Below are positions 26,469 through 35,485 of a stretch of DNA of 53,541 nucleotides, piece after piece. The DNA is from a virus. Taxonomy: Duplodnaviria > Caudoviricetes. Positions within the stretch are counted from its first letter, which is position 1, and every line of letters starts with the position of its first letter. A program made the translations under genes and the position numbers. The notes below the pieces were generated by a model that saw only the letters and a list, made by a program, of their open reading frames with translations, searched no databases and was not told the DNA's origin. Location of the stretch: positions 1 to 53,541 of IMG/VR virus record IMGVR_UViG_3300002242_000923; one strand, 5' to 3'.

Positions 26469-26708
26469 TTAAAATCCGGCGATTTTAAGGATTTCTGCGT
26501 CTGATAAGGTATCAGGGTTTATGCAATTGCATTTGTATAGATTAAAGTTACCTATATCTAATTTTTTAAGAAAGATACTTAATTGGGCAGCAGGTCCAAA
26601 TTTTTCTTCATTGTAACAGATATTAGCATGGTTTATTTCCATGTTCCACCTACACTCCTTAATAAACTCAGGGTCGGCGGATGTTTCGTATGTCTCTATA
26701 CCTGACAC
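26469..26708 (-). CDS. Hypothetical protein
   Basis: 79-aa ORF; start uncertain. Confidence 0.5.
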   Translation of the reverse strand: MSGIETYETSADPEFIKECRWNMEINHANICYNEEKFGPAAQLSIFLKKLDIGNFNLYKCNCINPDTLSDAEILKIAGF

Positions 26709-26821
26709 TGCTGCCTGCTTACCTCGCTGTCTTTCAGAAGAGTTAAATGCTTTTCTTAGATCATTGCATCTACTTGAATCTCTAGAGTTATTCTCTATAT
26801 ATATTTTTCTTTTATAAGGCT

Positions 26822-27166
26822 TTATGGTCTTGCTCCCAATGCTTTCTCTAATATTTCAGTATATTCTTCAGGATTTTTAGAAGAATATTTCTCCATTCTC
26901 CAGGGCAATAAAGATAAAGCTCTAGCTTGATAATCATTGCCCCAACTAGGTTCAGTATCACACCAACTTAATTCAGGCGCTATTGCTATTAACGTCTGCT
27001 TAAATATCCAAGCTAGCCTATAGTTATATTCGCCCACAACAGTTTTAGCTTTTTTATCCCAATGTTTTCTATCTTCTTCAAGCTGTTTAAACTCATGCAT
27101 ACCTTCTAAAACATCTGACTTAGAAGTCACACGTGCGGCCGCTTTTCTATTTCCGTAAGTTTTCAA
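26822..27166 (-). CDS. Hypothetical protein
   Basis: 114-aa packed ORF. Confidence 0.6.
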   Translation of the reverse strand: MKTYGNRKAAARVTSKSDVLEGMHEFKQLEEDRKHWDKKAKTVVGEYNYRLAWIFKQTLIAIAPELSWCDTEPSWGNDYQARALSLLPWRMEKYSSKNPEEYTEILEKALGARP

Positions 27167-27332
27167 TATGAAACCCTATTCCAATTATTCTATTATTATC
27201 TTCTGCTACTCTAAATATGCTAATTTTACCTACACTATCGCTATCTTCATAATACTCAACACCCTCTTCTATAAATATCTCATAGTAATCTGGATCAATG
27301 CGAGATTGCCATATTTTAGGTTTAATTTTCAC
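27147..27332 (-). CDS. Hypothetical protein
   Basis: Overlapping packed ORF. Confidence 0.55.
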   Translation of the reverse strand: MKIKPKIWQSRIDPDYYEIFIEEGVEYYEDSDSVGKISIFRVAEDNNRIIGIGFHIENLRK

Positions 27333-27525
27333 TTCGCCTTCTATCAGAGACTTTCATTTTATTGGCCATATTATGCTTCCAAGGTTTACATGCCATACAT
27401 CCACAGCCTATATGATTATTTTTATAATAACCTTTTTGTCTAGCTGTACACTTATGATTAACAAGTTTAAGTCTCTTCTTTTGCTTCAACTTAGCTTGTT
27501 CCTTTCTTGTGCCTTTATTTTTCAT
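27322..27525 (-). CDS. Small basic protein with CxCxxC motif
   Basis: GCGCMACKPWK; start moved to 27525, downstream of terminator. Confidence 0.55.
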   Translation of the reverse strand: MKNKGTRKEQAKLKQKKRLKLVNHKCTARQKGYYKNNHIGCGCMACKPWKHNMANKMKVSDRRRSEN

Positions 27526-27537
27526 GTTATATCCAAT

Positions 27538-27561
27538 AAAAAAGCCACTCAAAAGAGCGGC
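27538..27561 (-). terminator. Rho-independent terminator
   Basis: GCCGCTC-tttt-GAGTGGC-TTTTTT on - strand. Confidence 0.85.
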
Positions 27562-27590
27562 GAACGGAGGACAGAATTAACTGGACATCC

Positions 27591-28073
27591 TTATTTTTTG
27601 CTTTTGCCGCTTAAATATTTCTTCTTTTTCTTATTATTCTCATCACCGCGATTTAACTCTTGGGGAACATTTCTTACATTACTCGCAACATATCCCTTAT
27701 TGTTATCTTTACGATCTTGAGATAGCTTTCTTCCAGCTTTTTTCTCACTAGAAGCAAACCTTTTAGCTGCTGTTCCAGTATCCTGTTTATTGTGCCCTGA
27801 GCTGTGACCAGACTTACCATTCTGTCCAGATGTAGTCCCAGAACCACCCCTTTCACGTCTCTTGCCCTGTAGAACCTGCTGATAACTTCTTTCTTTATTT
27901 CCGGGCGTTTTGCGATCTCTGGCCAATTTCCCAAGCATTTTCTTATACTTAGCTGGATCTTTATCTTTCCAGTAGTTAGGGCCTTTATTAAGTTCTGACC
28001 CTAACTCGGTATCGAGCCAAGTTAAGTCTTCTAGTAATTCTGTGAGCGATTTCAATAGTTTATCATTTTCCAT
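27591..28073 (-). CDS. Basic protein with degenerate HNH-like motif; own promoter and terminator
   Basis: TGTGGTATAAT 6 nt before ATG 28073; DRKDNNKGY..SNVR...N. Confidence 0.65.
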   Translation of the reverse strand: MENDKLLKSLTELLEDLTWLDTELGSELNKGPNYWKDKDPAKYKKMLGKLARDRKTPGNKERSYQQVLQGKRRERGGSGTTSGQNGKSGHSSGHNKQDTGTAAKRFASSEKKAGRKLSQDRKDNNKGYVASNVRNVPQELNRGDENNKKKKKYLSGKSKK

Positions 28074-28329
28074 GCTTATATTATACCACAGACTTTCTTC
28101 CAAACTTTACGCAAAATCTATCATGGTCACTTATATTTAAACACTCTATAACGCCTATTATTTGCAAAACTTTAAAGAAGTGATAAGAAACAAGTTTATT
28201 ATTAAATCTGATCTCAGAACTTCTCACAATAATCCCAGTTTTTCCAATGTAACCCTTATCATATCGAACATATACATGCGCTTAGTTATGCCAAATTTAT
28301 CCAGTAGTGACTTATATTTTTCATAATAA

Positions 28330-28542
28330 TTACAACCTAAATCTGTATGGTAATTCTGTTGTTTCTTCATAGCTCATCCCATAAGTTGACACTGCTTCCA
28401 GTTCACCCTCTAATAAAATCATCTCTGCAACATATTCTTCTAATTGGTCAACCTGCGTTTTCACGTCAGCTAATGTAAAAACTTTGGGTGAGCCATCTTC
28501 TATCCTAATGTGTTGTCTTAAGTTCGATCCAATAGTCATCAT
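28330..28542 (-). CDS. Hypothetical protein
   Basis: GGGAGG RBS. Confidence 0.6.
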   Translation of the reverse strand: MMTIGSNLRQHIRIEDGSPKVFTLADVKTQVDQLEEYVAEMILLEGELEAVSTYGMSYEETTELPYRFRL

Positions 28543-28589
28543 CCCTCCCTAGAAATCTCATTTTATGATATATAATGCTACTTTTAGCC

Positions 28590-28778
28590 TTACAAGTCAA
28601 GTTCATCTTTCATATACTTTAAATCATGGTCTACTTTATACATGCGACCTTGAAGTGTACACACATAAACTCCATATCTATCCTTGTATAAAGAAGCTAC
28701 ATCTTGTTTATATACTTTTAATTCATACTGAACTATGTCTCCAGTTTCTTTGTCTTTTCTTAACCCTATAAATTTCAC
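28590..28778 (-). CDS. Hypothetical protein
   Basis: AGGAG RBS, GTG start. Confidence 0.6.
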   Translation of the reverse strand: MKFIGLRKDKETGDIVQYELKVYKQDVASLYKDRYGVYVCTLQGRMYKVDHDLKYMKDELDL

Positions 28779-28779
28779 A

Positions 28780-29088
28780 TTAATCTCCTAATATTGTTTT
28801 ATCTGCTATTTTATTATTATGCTTTTCTTGAATTTCTTCGTAAATAGGAATCCAACCGGATTCAGGTATACAAACTTCTATATTCTCATTGATTAATCTA
28901 AGTCCATAATACTTACCGTTATTAGCTTCATATCTACCAACCATGCCTTCTTTATTACAGGCTTGAACTACTAGCATTTGTTGTTTAAATAATACAGAAT
29001 ATTTATAGTATTCACTATTTGAATATTGACTGTCGAAGTTTATAACTACTTCTATATCTGGTTCAACTAATTGTCTTATTTCCACCAT
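28780..29088 (-). CDS. Hypothetical protein
   Basis: GAGGG RBS; ends IADKTILGD. Confidence 0.65.
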   Translation of the reverse strand: MVEIRQLVEPDIEVVINFDSQYSNSEYYKYSVLFKQQMLVVQACNKEGMVGRYEANNGKYYGLRLINENIEVCIPESGWIPIYEEIQEKHNNKIADKTILGD

Positions 29089-29135
29089 TTCATTCCCTCA
29101 TGCATTATAACTATTAAAAGCCGTTGCTGTTCACT

Positions 29136-29468
29136 TTAGTTCAAGGAGTCTGTGAGTATTGCGTCAGATAAATCAGATTCAATGGTGTTAACTTTAGTTT
29201 CTAAATTATCAATGGTATCTTGAAGTTCATCTCTAAATATGCCAGCACAATCTTGAGCACTCTCGGCTTCCCCAAAAGCATCATTAGCTAAATCTTTAGT
29301 TTCGTCTAAGCAATTGTTTATATCTCGCATTTCATCTTCTAAGTGTACGCACCTATCTGTAAGGTCACACACTTGCTCTTCTAACTCATGTATTAAGTTA
29401 CATAACCTTTCAATCTCGTATTTTGAATCAAATTTCATCTCTAATTGATTTTTCGTATCTTTCGACAT
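29136..29468 (-). CDS. Acidic coiled-coil protein
   Basis: GAGGTG RBS; heptad repeats; N-terminal QLEMKF. Confidence 0.65.
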   Translation of the reverse strand: MSKDTKNQLEMKFDSKYEIERLCNLIHELEEQVCDLTDRCVHLEDEMRDINNCLDETKDLANDAFGEAESAQDCAGIFRDELQDTIDNLETKVNTIESDLSDAILTDSLN

Positions 29469-30162
29469 ATATATTCACCTCATTTATTTTTTCTTTTATA
29501 AAAGCATTAAGTCTATCTTTTTCCCAATAAGGTATTCTTATCAAAGTTATATCATTTTCTTTACATAATTTGTCTTTTAATTTATCTCTTTTTTGTACTT
29601 CTATAAGTTCTTCTGGTTTATTTTTATTCCAAGGTTCATAGTGTTGCCTTCCATCGTATTCAAATGCTAACTTTAATTCTTCACAGTAGCCGTCTAATTC
29701 TAAATTTCGTCCAGTTTGTGGATTTTTAAGGAAGTTAGGTCTAACATTTGGAAAACTTTTATTGAACTTTGCTTCAAATATTTTTCTAACTTCATTTTCA
29801 TTATATCCTGCTGAACAATATTGACACTTAATTAACCAACTTTGTTTCGTCAAGTACCCTTTGCTTTGTCCACAATCAATACAACTAGTCATATAATGTT
29901 TACAATTTTTACCACTATATTGTCTAATTATATAGTCATCAAAATTAACATTAGTATACTTTTTTCTATCTGCTGATCTATCGTAATTATTAGCGTTAAC
30001 ACATGCATGGCATAATCCAGGGTTTTTACCACTATCATCATAACCTTTTCTTTGATAACCTCTACTTTTATTACAATTATTACAATAATGATTATAAAAT
30101 TTACGTTTACTAGTTTTACTATCTAGTCTTTGTTTTTCAATATAATCATTCAAGTCTATCAT
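29428..30162 (-). CDS. Zinc-ribbon plus PD-(D/E)xK/Vsr-like (homing) endonuclease
   Basis: CxxC repeats; LELDGY..LKLAFEYDGRQHY..RDKLK..LIRIPYWE. Confidence 0.8.
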   Translation of the reverse strand: MIDLNDYIEKQRLDSKTSKRKFYNHYCNNCNKSRGYQRKGYDDSGKNPGLCHACVNANNYDRSADRKKYTNVNFDDYIIRQYSGKNCKHYMTSCIDCGQSKGYLTKQSWLIKCQYCSAGYNENEVRKIFEAKFNKSFPNVRPNFLKNPQTGRNLELDGYCEELKLAFEYDGRQHYEPWNKNKPEELIEVQKRDKLKDKLCKENDITLIRIPYWEKDRLNAFIKEKINEVNIYVERYEKSIRDEI

Positions 30163-30202
30163 TATTATGTTATACTAATGCTTACTATTTTAACCCATAT
30201 TC

Positions 30203-31750
30203 TTATTTTCTTCCATTCGGTATCTTTACTGTTTTTGCCCAAGGCCTATCTTTGAAAGGATGATTTTCTGTACCGTCTTTACTTATGATAAACACTGTGT
30301 TTGGAAACTTACCATTTGCTCCAACTAGCGCCTTTTCATCAATATCAGAATAGTAACCATCTGTAATGAAGATCGCTAAATCTGGTCTATTCTTAGCGAT
30401 AACATTAAAGGATTCTGCTAAACAGGTACCGCCAGATTGAACCTTGCTATGATCTAAACGTTCACCGCGCTTATACTTTTCACGGTAGTAATTGCTTGTG
30501 TGAAATAAATTAAGCATACATTTTCTAGCACCAATCTTTAAAAATTCATCTACAATATCAAGGAACTCATTTAATTCCTCAGTAGAGATTGAACCAGAAC
30601 TATCTGCGAAAATATCTAATTCAGGTTGTTCACCGTTTCTGCTGCCTGGAGCTTTATTACCAAACCTTCTAGATTTTCTACTCCAAGACTTAACTCTAAA
30701 GTTAGCTGGAAGAGAAGATTTAAGAGCTTGCATAATAATTCTTTTATAATCTAATTCATTTTTTCTCATTTTAATATGATCTAGCAAGTCTTTAATGTGA
30801 CCTGGAACATCATCATGTCCAAATCTAGACTTAACCATTGCGCGTTTAACTAGATCTTCAGTGGCCTCAAGCATATCACGCTCTTCACCAGAACCATCCC
30901 AATGATGAACATCATGCCCTGTTGGCATATCACCAGTTGCAGCACCACCTCCAGCATTGCCTTGACCATTTCCATTGCCTTGGCCATCTCCATTTCCATC
31001 GCCTTGTTGATCTTGTGGATCAGGATCTTTAAACCTAGTCATTAATTTCTCATAATACTCCTCAGCTGGTGCTCTCGATGGCCAAGGTGTTTGTTTACCT
31101 GTTTTCTTATCGGTGTCAAAGAAATCCCTTATAAAGATTCCTGATCCACAACAATTAGGGTTATCACATTGTTCACCTGATTCACCTGGTTTTTTGGGAG
31201 GACATTGCGGACAACCATCAGGTAGATCTTTAATATATTGATTGATTGACATATCCATTGCTATATTCATTAACTGGCGTTTATGAGATGATAATTTCAT
31301 GAAGGGTATTCTTAGTGGGTGCTTGTGAGTGATGTGATACAATTCATGTAATAGCACTGCCTTTCTTTGCTTATCGTTCATTTTACGACAAAAGAAATGA
31401 GGGTTAATCATTAAATCCCATCGCTTAAGTTCTGCGTTAAACATAACACCAGCTGTCGGAAGCATGTGTGAGTATGTAATATTCATACATTGTAAAACTG
31501 ATCCCATAAAAGGATTAGATTTGGTTGTACTAAAAATTGCCGTTTGTAGACCTTGCTTTTGTTCTTCTGCACTAACTGCTTCAACCTTTGCTGCCTCTAA
31601 TGCCTCTTCACGAGAACGAATACCAGCTTCTTTAGCTCTCTTTTTAAGGTCGGCTAACTTCTTTGCTTCTTGATCTGATAAGTCAGCTTGTGCAGCTTGA
31701 GCTGCCACTTTAGCTTGCGACTGTAAAGAATTTGTTTTTTTATCACTCAT
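30203..31750 (-). CDS. DUF2201-type putative metallopeptidase with C-terminal VWA domain
   Basis: LLHELYH, NIAMD..IN, Gly/Asn linker, DSSGS MIDAS, GGT, FITDG. Confidence 0.85.
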   Translation of the reverse strand: MSDKKTNSLQSQAKVAAQAAQADLSDQEAKKLADLKKRAKEAGIRSREEALEAAKVEAVSAEEQKQGLQTAIFSTTKSNPFMGSVLQCMNITYSHMLPTAGVMFNAELKRWDLMINPHFFCRKMNDKQRKAVLLHELYHITHKHPLRIPFMKLSSHKRQLMNIAMDMSINQYIKDLPDGCPQCPPKKPGESGEQCDNPNCCGSGIFIRDFFDTDKKTGKQTPWPSRAPAEEYYEKLMTRFKDPDPQDQQGDGNGDGQGNGNGQGNAGGGAATGDMPTGHDVHHWDGSGEERDMLEATEDLVKRAMVKSRFGHDDVPGHIKDLLDHIKMRKNELDYKRIIMQALKSSLPANFRVKSWSRKSRRFGNKAPGSRNGEQPELDIFADSSGSISTEELNEFLDIVDEFLKIGARKCMLNLFHTSNYYREKYKRGERLDHSKVQSGGTCLAESFNVIAKNRPDLAIFITDGYYSDIDEKALVGANGKFPNTVFIISKDGTENHPFKDRPWAKTVKIPNGRK

Positions 31751-31779
31751 TATGCCTCCACATTGTTTCTATTTTATAA

Positions 31780-31790
31780 TCGATTCTGTT
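31780..31790 (-). promoter_or_regulatory. Phage-specific motif AACAGAATCGA
   Basis: Exact copy 30 nt upstream of start 31750. Confidence 0.75.
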
Positions 31791-32373
31791 AAGGCGATTT
31801 CTTAGTCTTAGCAGCTTCTTTAAGCGCTTTTTTGTGTTCGCGCTTTACTCTTGCAGCTTCGGCTTTTTTCTCAGCTTCGGCTTTTTTCTCAGCGGGTGTT
31901 TTAGTTTTTCTTAGATTTGGCTCATCAAAGTCTAACGAGTAATCCATTAACATTCCATCTACCATTAATTCATCAAACTCTTTATCATTAAGCTTGACAT
32001 ATGATTGAGGGGCTTTGAAAGAATAACTAACTGAATTCGTTTTCTTTTTGCTATTACGACCCCAATAACTAATTATATCATCTGCTGTTATTTTTAAATA
32101 AACTCCGGTATAAACTTTAGTTTCAGGATAATAGACGTAATCCTTAATTTCTTTACCATAAAAAGAACCAAACCCTCTCTTGTATGGATCACTGGGATCA
32201 ATTTCATGATTCTTAATAATCTCATCGGCTATAGATACTAAATTAGTAATTATCTCATGTGTCTTATGTCCAGTTATAGCTTGTATTGCATACATCATAG
32301 ACTTACAAAATTGATAACTTCTATTTACTTTTCTCGGTTTTCTTGGACCGCCCATATCTATTTCCTCCTGCAA
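31789..32373 (-). CDS. Hypothetical protein with Lys/Ala-rich C-terminus
   Basis: Probable start at MGGPR after GGAGG; AEKKAE repeat. Confidence 0.65.
   Translation of the reverse strand: MQEEIDMGGPRKPRKVNRSYQFCKSMMYAIQAITGHKTHEIITNLVSIADEIIKNHEIDPSDPYKRGFGSFYGKEIKDYVYYPETKVYTGVYLKITADDIISYWGRNSKKKTNSVSYSFKAPQSYVKLNDKEFDELMVDGMLMDYSLDFDEPNLRKTKTPAEKKAEAEKKAEAARVKREHKKALKEAAKTKKSP
31854..31893 (-). repeat. 18-bp tandem duplication (AEKKAE)
   Basis: cagcttcggcttttttct x2. Confidence 0.8.
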
Positions 32374-32391
32374 TTATTATTTACATCATGT

Positions 32392-32427
32392 AAAAAGCCG
32401 CACGGACAAAGGGATAAACCGTGCGGC
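32392..32427 (-). terminator. Rho-independent terminator
   Basis: GCCGCACGG/CCGTGCGGC stem followed by T-run on - strand. Confidence 0.85.
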
Positions 32428-32455
32428 AACTATTTCTCACTATTCAGTGAGTGGT

Positions 32456-33613
32456 TTATTTTTTCTTAAGACCTCTGTCGATTCTAATATTACCTTTAAG
32501 TACTTTTGTTAGATCTGGGTGTCTCTTAACGAAATCCTTGAAGAATGCTGCGATAGAACCCTTAGATTGTTTAAATCCACATGCTTTGATTAGGTTGATA
32601 GCTTGATCTGATGGGATAACTTTAGCAACTTCTGCCATTGTATCTTCACCAACTAAACCTTTCTCTTTGTTATCGCTCTTATTACAAGAATAATTCATAG
32701 TGATTGACTCAACAGTAACTGCAATCATGTCACCTTTATATGCATTTGGATCTGATTGTTTCTCAAGTCTATTGAACGCTTTCTTACGTTCTGTAAGAAG
32801 ATCTTTTGCGGTAACTGGTGCTTCATCATAGCAAAACTTATGATATTCATTTCCAATATCACGCCCTAAAATAGAACACATTGTTTCCCTATGTAGTCTT
32901 CTATCTTCACCAACACCAGCGTTTTCAGCTGCATTAACTTTTGACCAAGTTCTTGGTGAGATATATTTACCGTCATCTGCAATCGATTTAGTGTCTTTAT
33001 AAACCCAAACACCTGATTTAATGAACATTTGAACATTGTCATTCCACTTCTTACTATCGATGTGATCAATAAAAGAAATAGCATCATATTCAATTTCATA
33101 CTCTTCAAATCTATTTTTAAGTGCAGCATCCATTGCGTTAACATCGTATTCTGCAGTATCTGGGTTAATACAACTAACAATAATCCAACCTGGAGGTAAA
33201 GTATAGTTATGAACGACTCTATCTGTTAGCATCTGCATTAGGCAATTCATTACACCTGTTGTACCACGGTTAGGCTCTTCCAAAAGAATGATTCCTGAAC
33301 CTGATGTTGGCCAAAATTCTGGTAGTAAATGTTTAGTACGATCTACTCCGTTTTCGTCTTTACCTTCAGAAGGAAAACCAATTAGATCTGGTGCTTCCAT
33401 ATACGCGATACGTAGATCAAGAAAACCATATTCTGGATTCTTGTCAATTCCAATTTCAGGAAAACCTGTGGTTCTCATTTTATCTCTGAATAATTGACAA
33501 ATTGCTGACTTACCAAGTCCTGCATCGCCTGTAAATAATGGATTAAAAATGTCTCCATTTTGTCTAGCTTTTGTCGTTAGTTTTAATACTTCTAAAATTC
33601 TAATTGGTTTCAA
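32456..33613 (-). CDS. MoxR/dynein-related AAA+ ATPase
   Basis: GDAGLGKS Walker A, DLIGFP, IILLEEPNR, MDAALKNRF, SPRTW. Confidence 0.9.
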   Translation of the reverse strand: MKPIRILEVLKLTTKARQNGDIFNPLFTGDAGLGKSAICQLFRDKMRTTGFPEIGIDKNPEYGFLDLRIAYMEAPDLIGFPSEGKDENGVDRTKHLLPEFWPTSGSGIILLEEPNRGTTGVMNCLMQMLTDRVVHNYTLPPGWIIVSCINPDTAEYDVNAMDAALKNRFEEYEIEYDAISFIDHIDSKKWNDNVQMFIKSGVWVYKDTKSIADDGKYISPRTWSKVNAAENAGVGEDRRLHRETMCSILGRDIGNEYHKFCYDEAPVTAKDLLTERKKAFNRLEKQSDPNAYKGDMIAVTVESITMNYSCNKSDNKEKGLVGEDTMAEVAKVIPSDQAINLIKACGFKQSKGSIAAFFKDFVKRHPDLTKVLKGNIRIDRGLKKK

Positions 33614-33629
33614 AAAAATCTCCTTTGTT

Positions 33630-33658
33630 AGATTCGATACATTTATATCGAATCTGTT
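33630..33658 (-). promoter_or_regulatory. Variant motif AACAGATTCGA embedded in a perfect 10-bp inverted repeat
   Basis: AGATTCGATA (33630-33639) / TATCGAATCT (33646-33655). Confidence 0.65.
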
Positions 33659-33682
33659 TTATTATTTAAGTATAACATAAGC

Positions 33683-34252
33683 ATGAAAACGTGCACAAAA
33701 TGTAAAAAGTATAAAGAATTAAATTGCTTTTCTAAACAAAAAACTGGCAAACTTGGAGTTAGGTCTATTTGTAAAGAGTGCAATCGTGGCACTTCAAATG
33801 ATAAACTTTTAAACAGAAAATGTTTATTTTGTAATAATACAATGAACACTTTAACTTCTTATAAAAAATATTGCAATAGTAATTGCAAACAAAAACACTA
33901 TCGAAATAAAAATCCACAGCAAAACTACTTAACTAATAAAAAATGGAAAAAATTAAATAAAGATCATATAAATAGTCAAAGTAGAAAAGCATACAGTATA
34001 AATCCATCTAAATATATAGCTAAAACTAGAAAAAGACAAGCTCAAAAACTTAATGCTACATTACTAGGTTACGATTTAGAATTAGAAAATATCTACCTAA
34101 GTTGCCCTAAAGGAAGTGAAGTTCATCATATAATTCCTTTACAAGAATTTTCAGACACAGTAAGTGGTTTACATGTACCTTGGAATTTACAGATCTTAAC
34201 TAAAGAAGAACATGTTAAGGCACATAGATTACTTAAGAGTCGGTTTTCTTAA
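33683..34252 (+). CDS. HNH homing endonuclease, probably leaderless
   Basis: CTKC..CKEC, EVHHIIPL..SGLHVPWNLQILTKEEH; TATAAC 6 nt before ATG. Confidence 0.9.
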   Translation: MKTCTKCKKYKELNCFSKQKTGKLGVRSICKECNRGTSNDKLLNRKCLFCNNTMNTLTSYKKYCNSNCKQKHYRNKNPQQNYLTNKKWKKLNKDHINSQSRKAYSINPSKYIAKTRKRQAQKLNATLLGYDLELENIYLSCPKGSEVHHIIPLQEFSDTVSGLHVPWNLQILTKEEHVKAHRLLKSRFS

Positions 34253-34535
34253 TATCTACATCTACTTCGGTCTTTTCGACCTTTAATAACTTTTTTAAAC
34301 GATCCGGAATTAAATCCATGTTTATATTAGAATAATCAGGCTTCTTCACCTTCTTTTTCTTAACTTGCTTTCTTCCAAACATAAACTCACCTTCAGGTAA
34401 TGTCATTATGTTTGGAATCTTTTTAGCTGTTGAGTTTACTTTATTCTTCCATATCGGTTCGATTGGATCAAGCTTTTCTATCTCGCCGCCTTTAGCTAAA
34501 AATTCTTCTATTAATTGTTCAGTTGATTTATTCAT
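34233..34535 (-). CDS. Protein with SutA-like RNA-polymerase-binding motif
   Basis: N-terminal IEEFLAKGGEIEKLDP. Confidence 0.55.
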   Translation of the reverse strand: MNKSTEQLIEEFLAKGGEIEKLDPIEPIWKNKVNSTAKKIPNIMTLPEGEFMFGRKQVKKKKVKKPDYSNINMDLIPDRLKKLLKVEKTEVDVDIKKTDS

Positions 34536-34929
34536 TTATCACCTTTGCTGCTTCACTACCAAGTAATATTTCTTCGAGGAGAAACTCTTGAACTTGTTCT
34601 GATGTGAATTGTTCATAACCATTTCTATCTAATTTGATATTAGCATTATAATATATCATTTCATGTTCACCTTTACGGTCACCCCATTGAATGGTTCTTC
34701 CGCCTCGCTGATAAACTTTAACTTTCATTTTAATATCTGCATTTGGATAAGTAAACCATTTCCAAGATTCAGTTTGACCCTTTTTCTTATAATTCTTTTT
34801 AATTCTGTCAATACACTCTTGTGTTATTTCAGATAATTGGCACCAAACTTCTTTATGTGAAACTTTAGCTAAACCAGCTAACATAAATATAAGACCTTTG
34901 TCAATTGCAAAATTTACTTTATCGTCCAT
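34528..34929 (-). CDS. Hypothetical protein (paralog of 35053..35394)
   Basis: EVWCQL..C..YP..K.KV..YEQFT.EQ. Confidence 0.7.
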   Translation of the reverse strand: MDDKVNFAIDKGLIFMLAGLAKVSHKEVWCQLSEITQECIDRIKKNYKKKGQTESWKWFTYPNADIKMKVKVYQRGGRTIQWGDRKGEHEMIYYNANIKLDRNGYEQFTSEQVQEFLLEEILLGSEAAKVINE

Positions 34930-34950
34930 TATTTCTCCGTCAATATATTT

Positions 34951-34961
34951 TCGATTCTGTT
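34951..34961 (-). promoter_or_regulatory. Phage-specific motif AACAGAATCGA
   Basis: Exact copy 22 nt upstream of start 34929. Confidence 0.75.
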
Positions 34962-35052
34962 CAAGTATAATGTAGCATCAATAGTCGTCATGTATGGTAT
35001 AACTCTAAAAAGATAAAGCATATCCATAAGACGCATAACAGTAAGTGCTCTA

Positions 35053-35394
35053 TCAACACCACTCTCCAAACAAGATTCCCTCAAGATATTCCTCAATTTG
35101 TTCACAAGTAAAACTCTCATAGTTGCCGCCACTAACTATACTAATAGCGACATAGAAAAAGTTTCGTGCACCGTATTTGTCTACTGTAATCTTAACCTTA
35201 AGTTTAGTTCCAGGATATGTTTTGGTAGTATGGCTATGGCTATTAAGACTATTTTTCTTAGTAATTTGCTCAATGCAGACATTCGCCATATTAGCTAAAT
35301 TCACCCATATTTCTTGCTTATTATGACTAGTAATACTAATAAGTAAATCAATTAAACTATTTTCAACACTATATCTTGTTTTACGAGTTTTCAT
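35053..35394 (-). CDS. Hypothetical protein (paralog of 34528..34929)
   Basis: EIWVNL..C..YP..K.KI..YESFT.EQ. Confidence 0.7.
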   Translation of the reverse strand: MKTRKTRYSVENSLIDLLISITSHNKQEIWVNLANMANVCIEQITKKNSLNSHSHTTKTYPGTKLKVKITVDKYGARNFFYVAISIVSGGNYESFTCEQIEEYLEGILFGEWC

Positions 35395-35417
35395 ATATCT
35401 CCGTTATTAATGATATA

Positions 35418-35428
35418 TCGATTCTGTT
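35418..35428 (-). promoter_or_regulatory. Phage-specific motif AACAGAATCGA
   Basis: Exact copy 24 nt upstream of start 35394; divergent AGGTATAAT at 35439-35447. Confidence 0.75.
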
Positions 35429-35485
35429 TTAAAGACTTAGGTATAATAAACTTATATATTGCAAGTTAGCAGTGTCAGGAGATGT

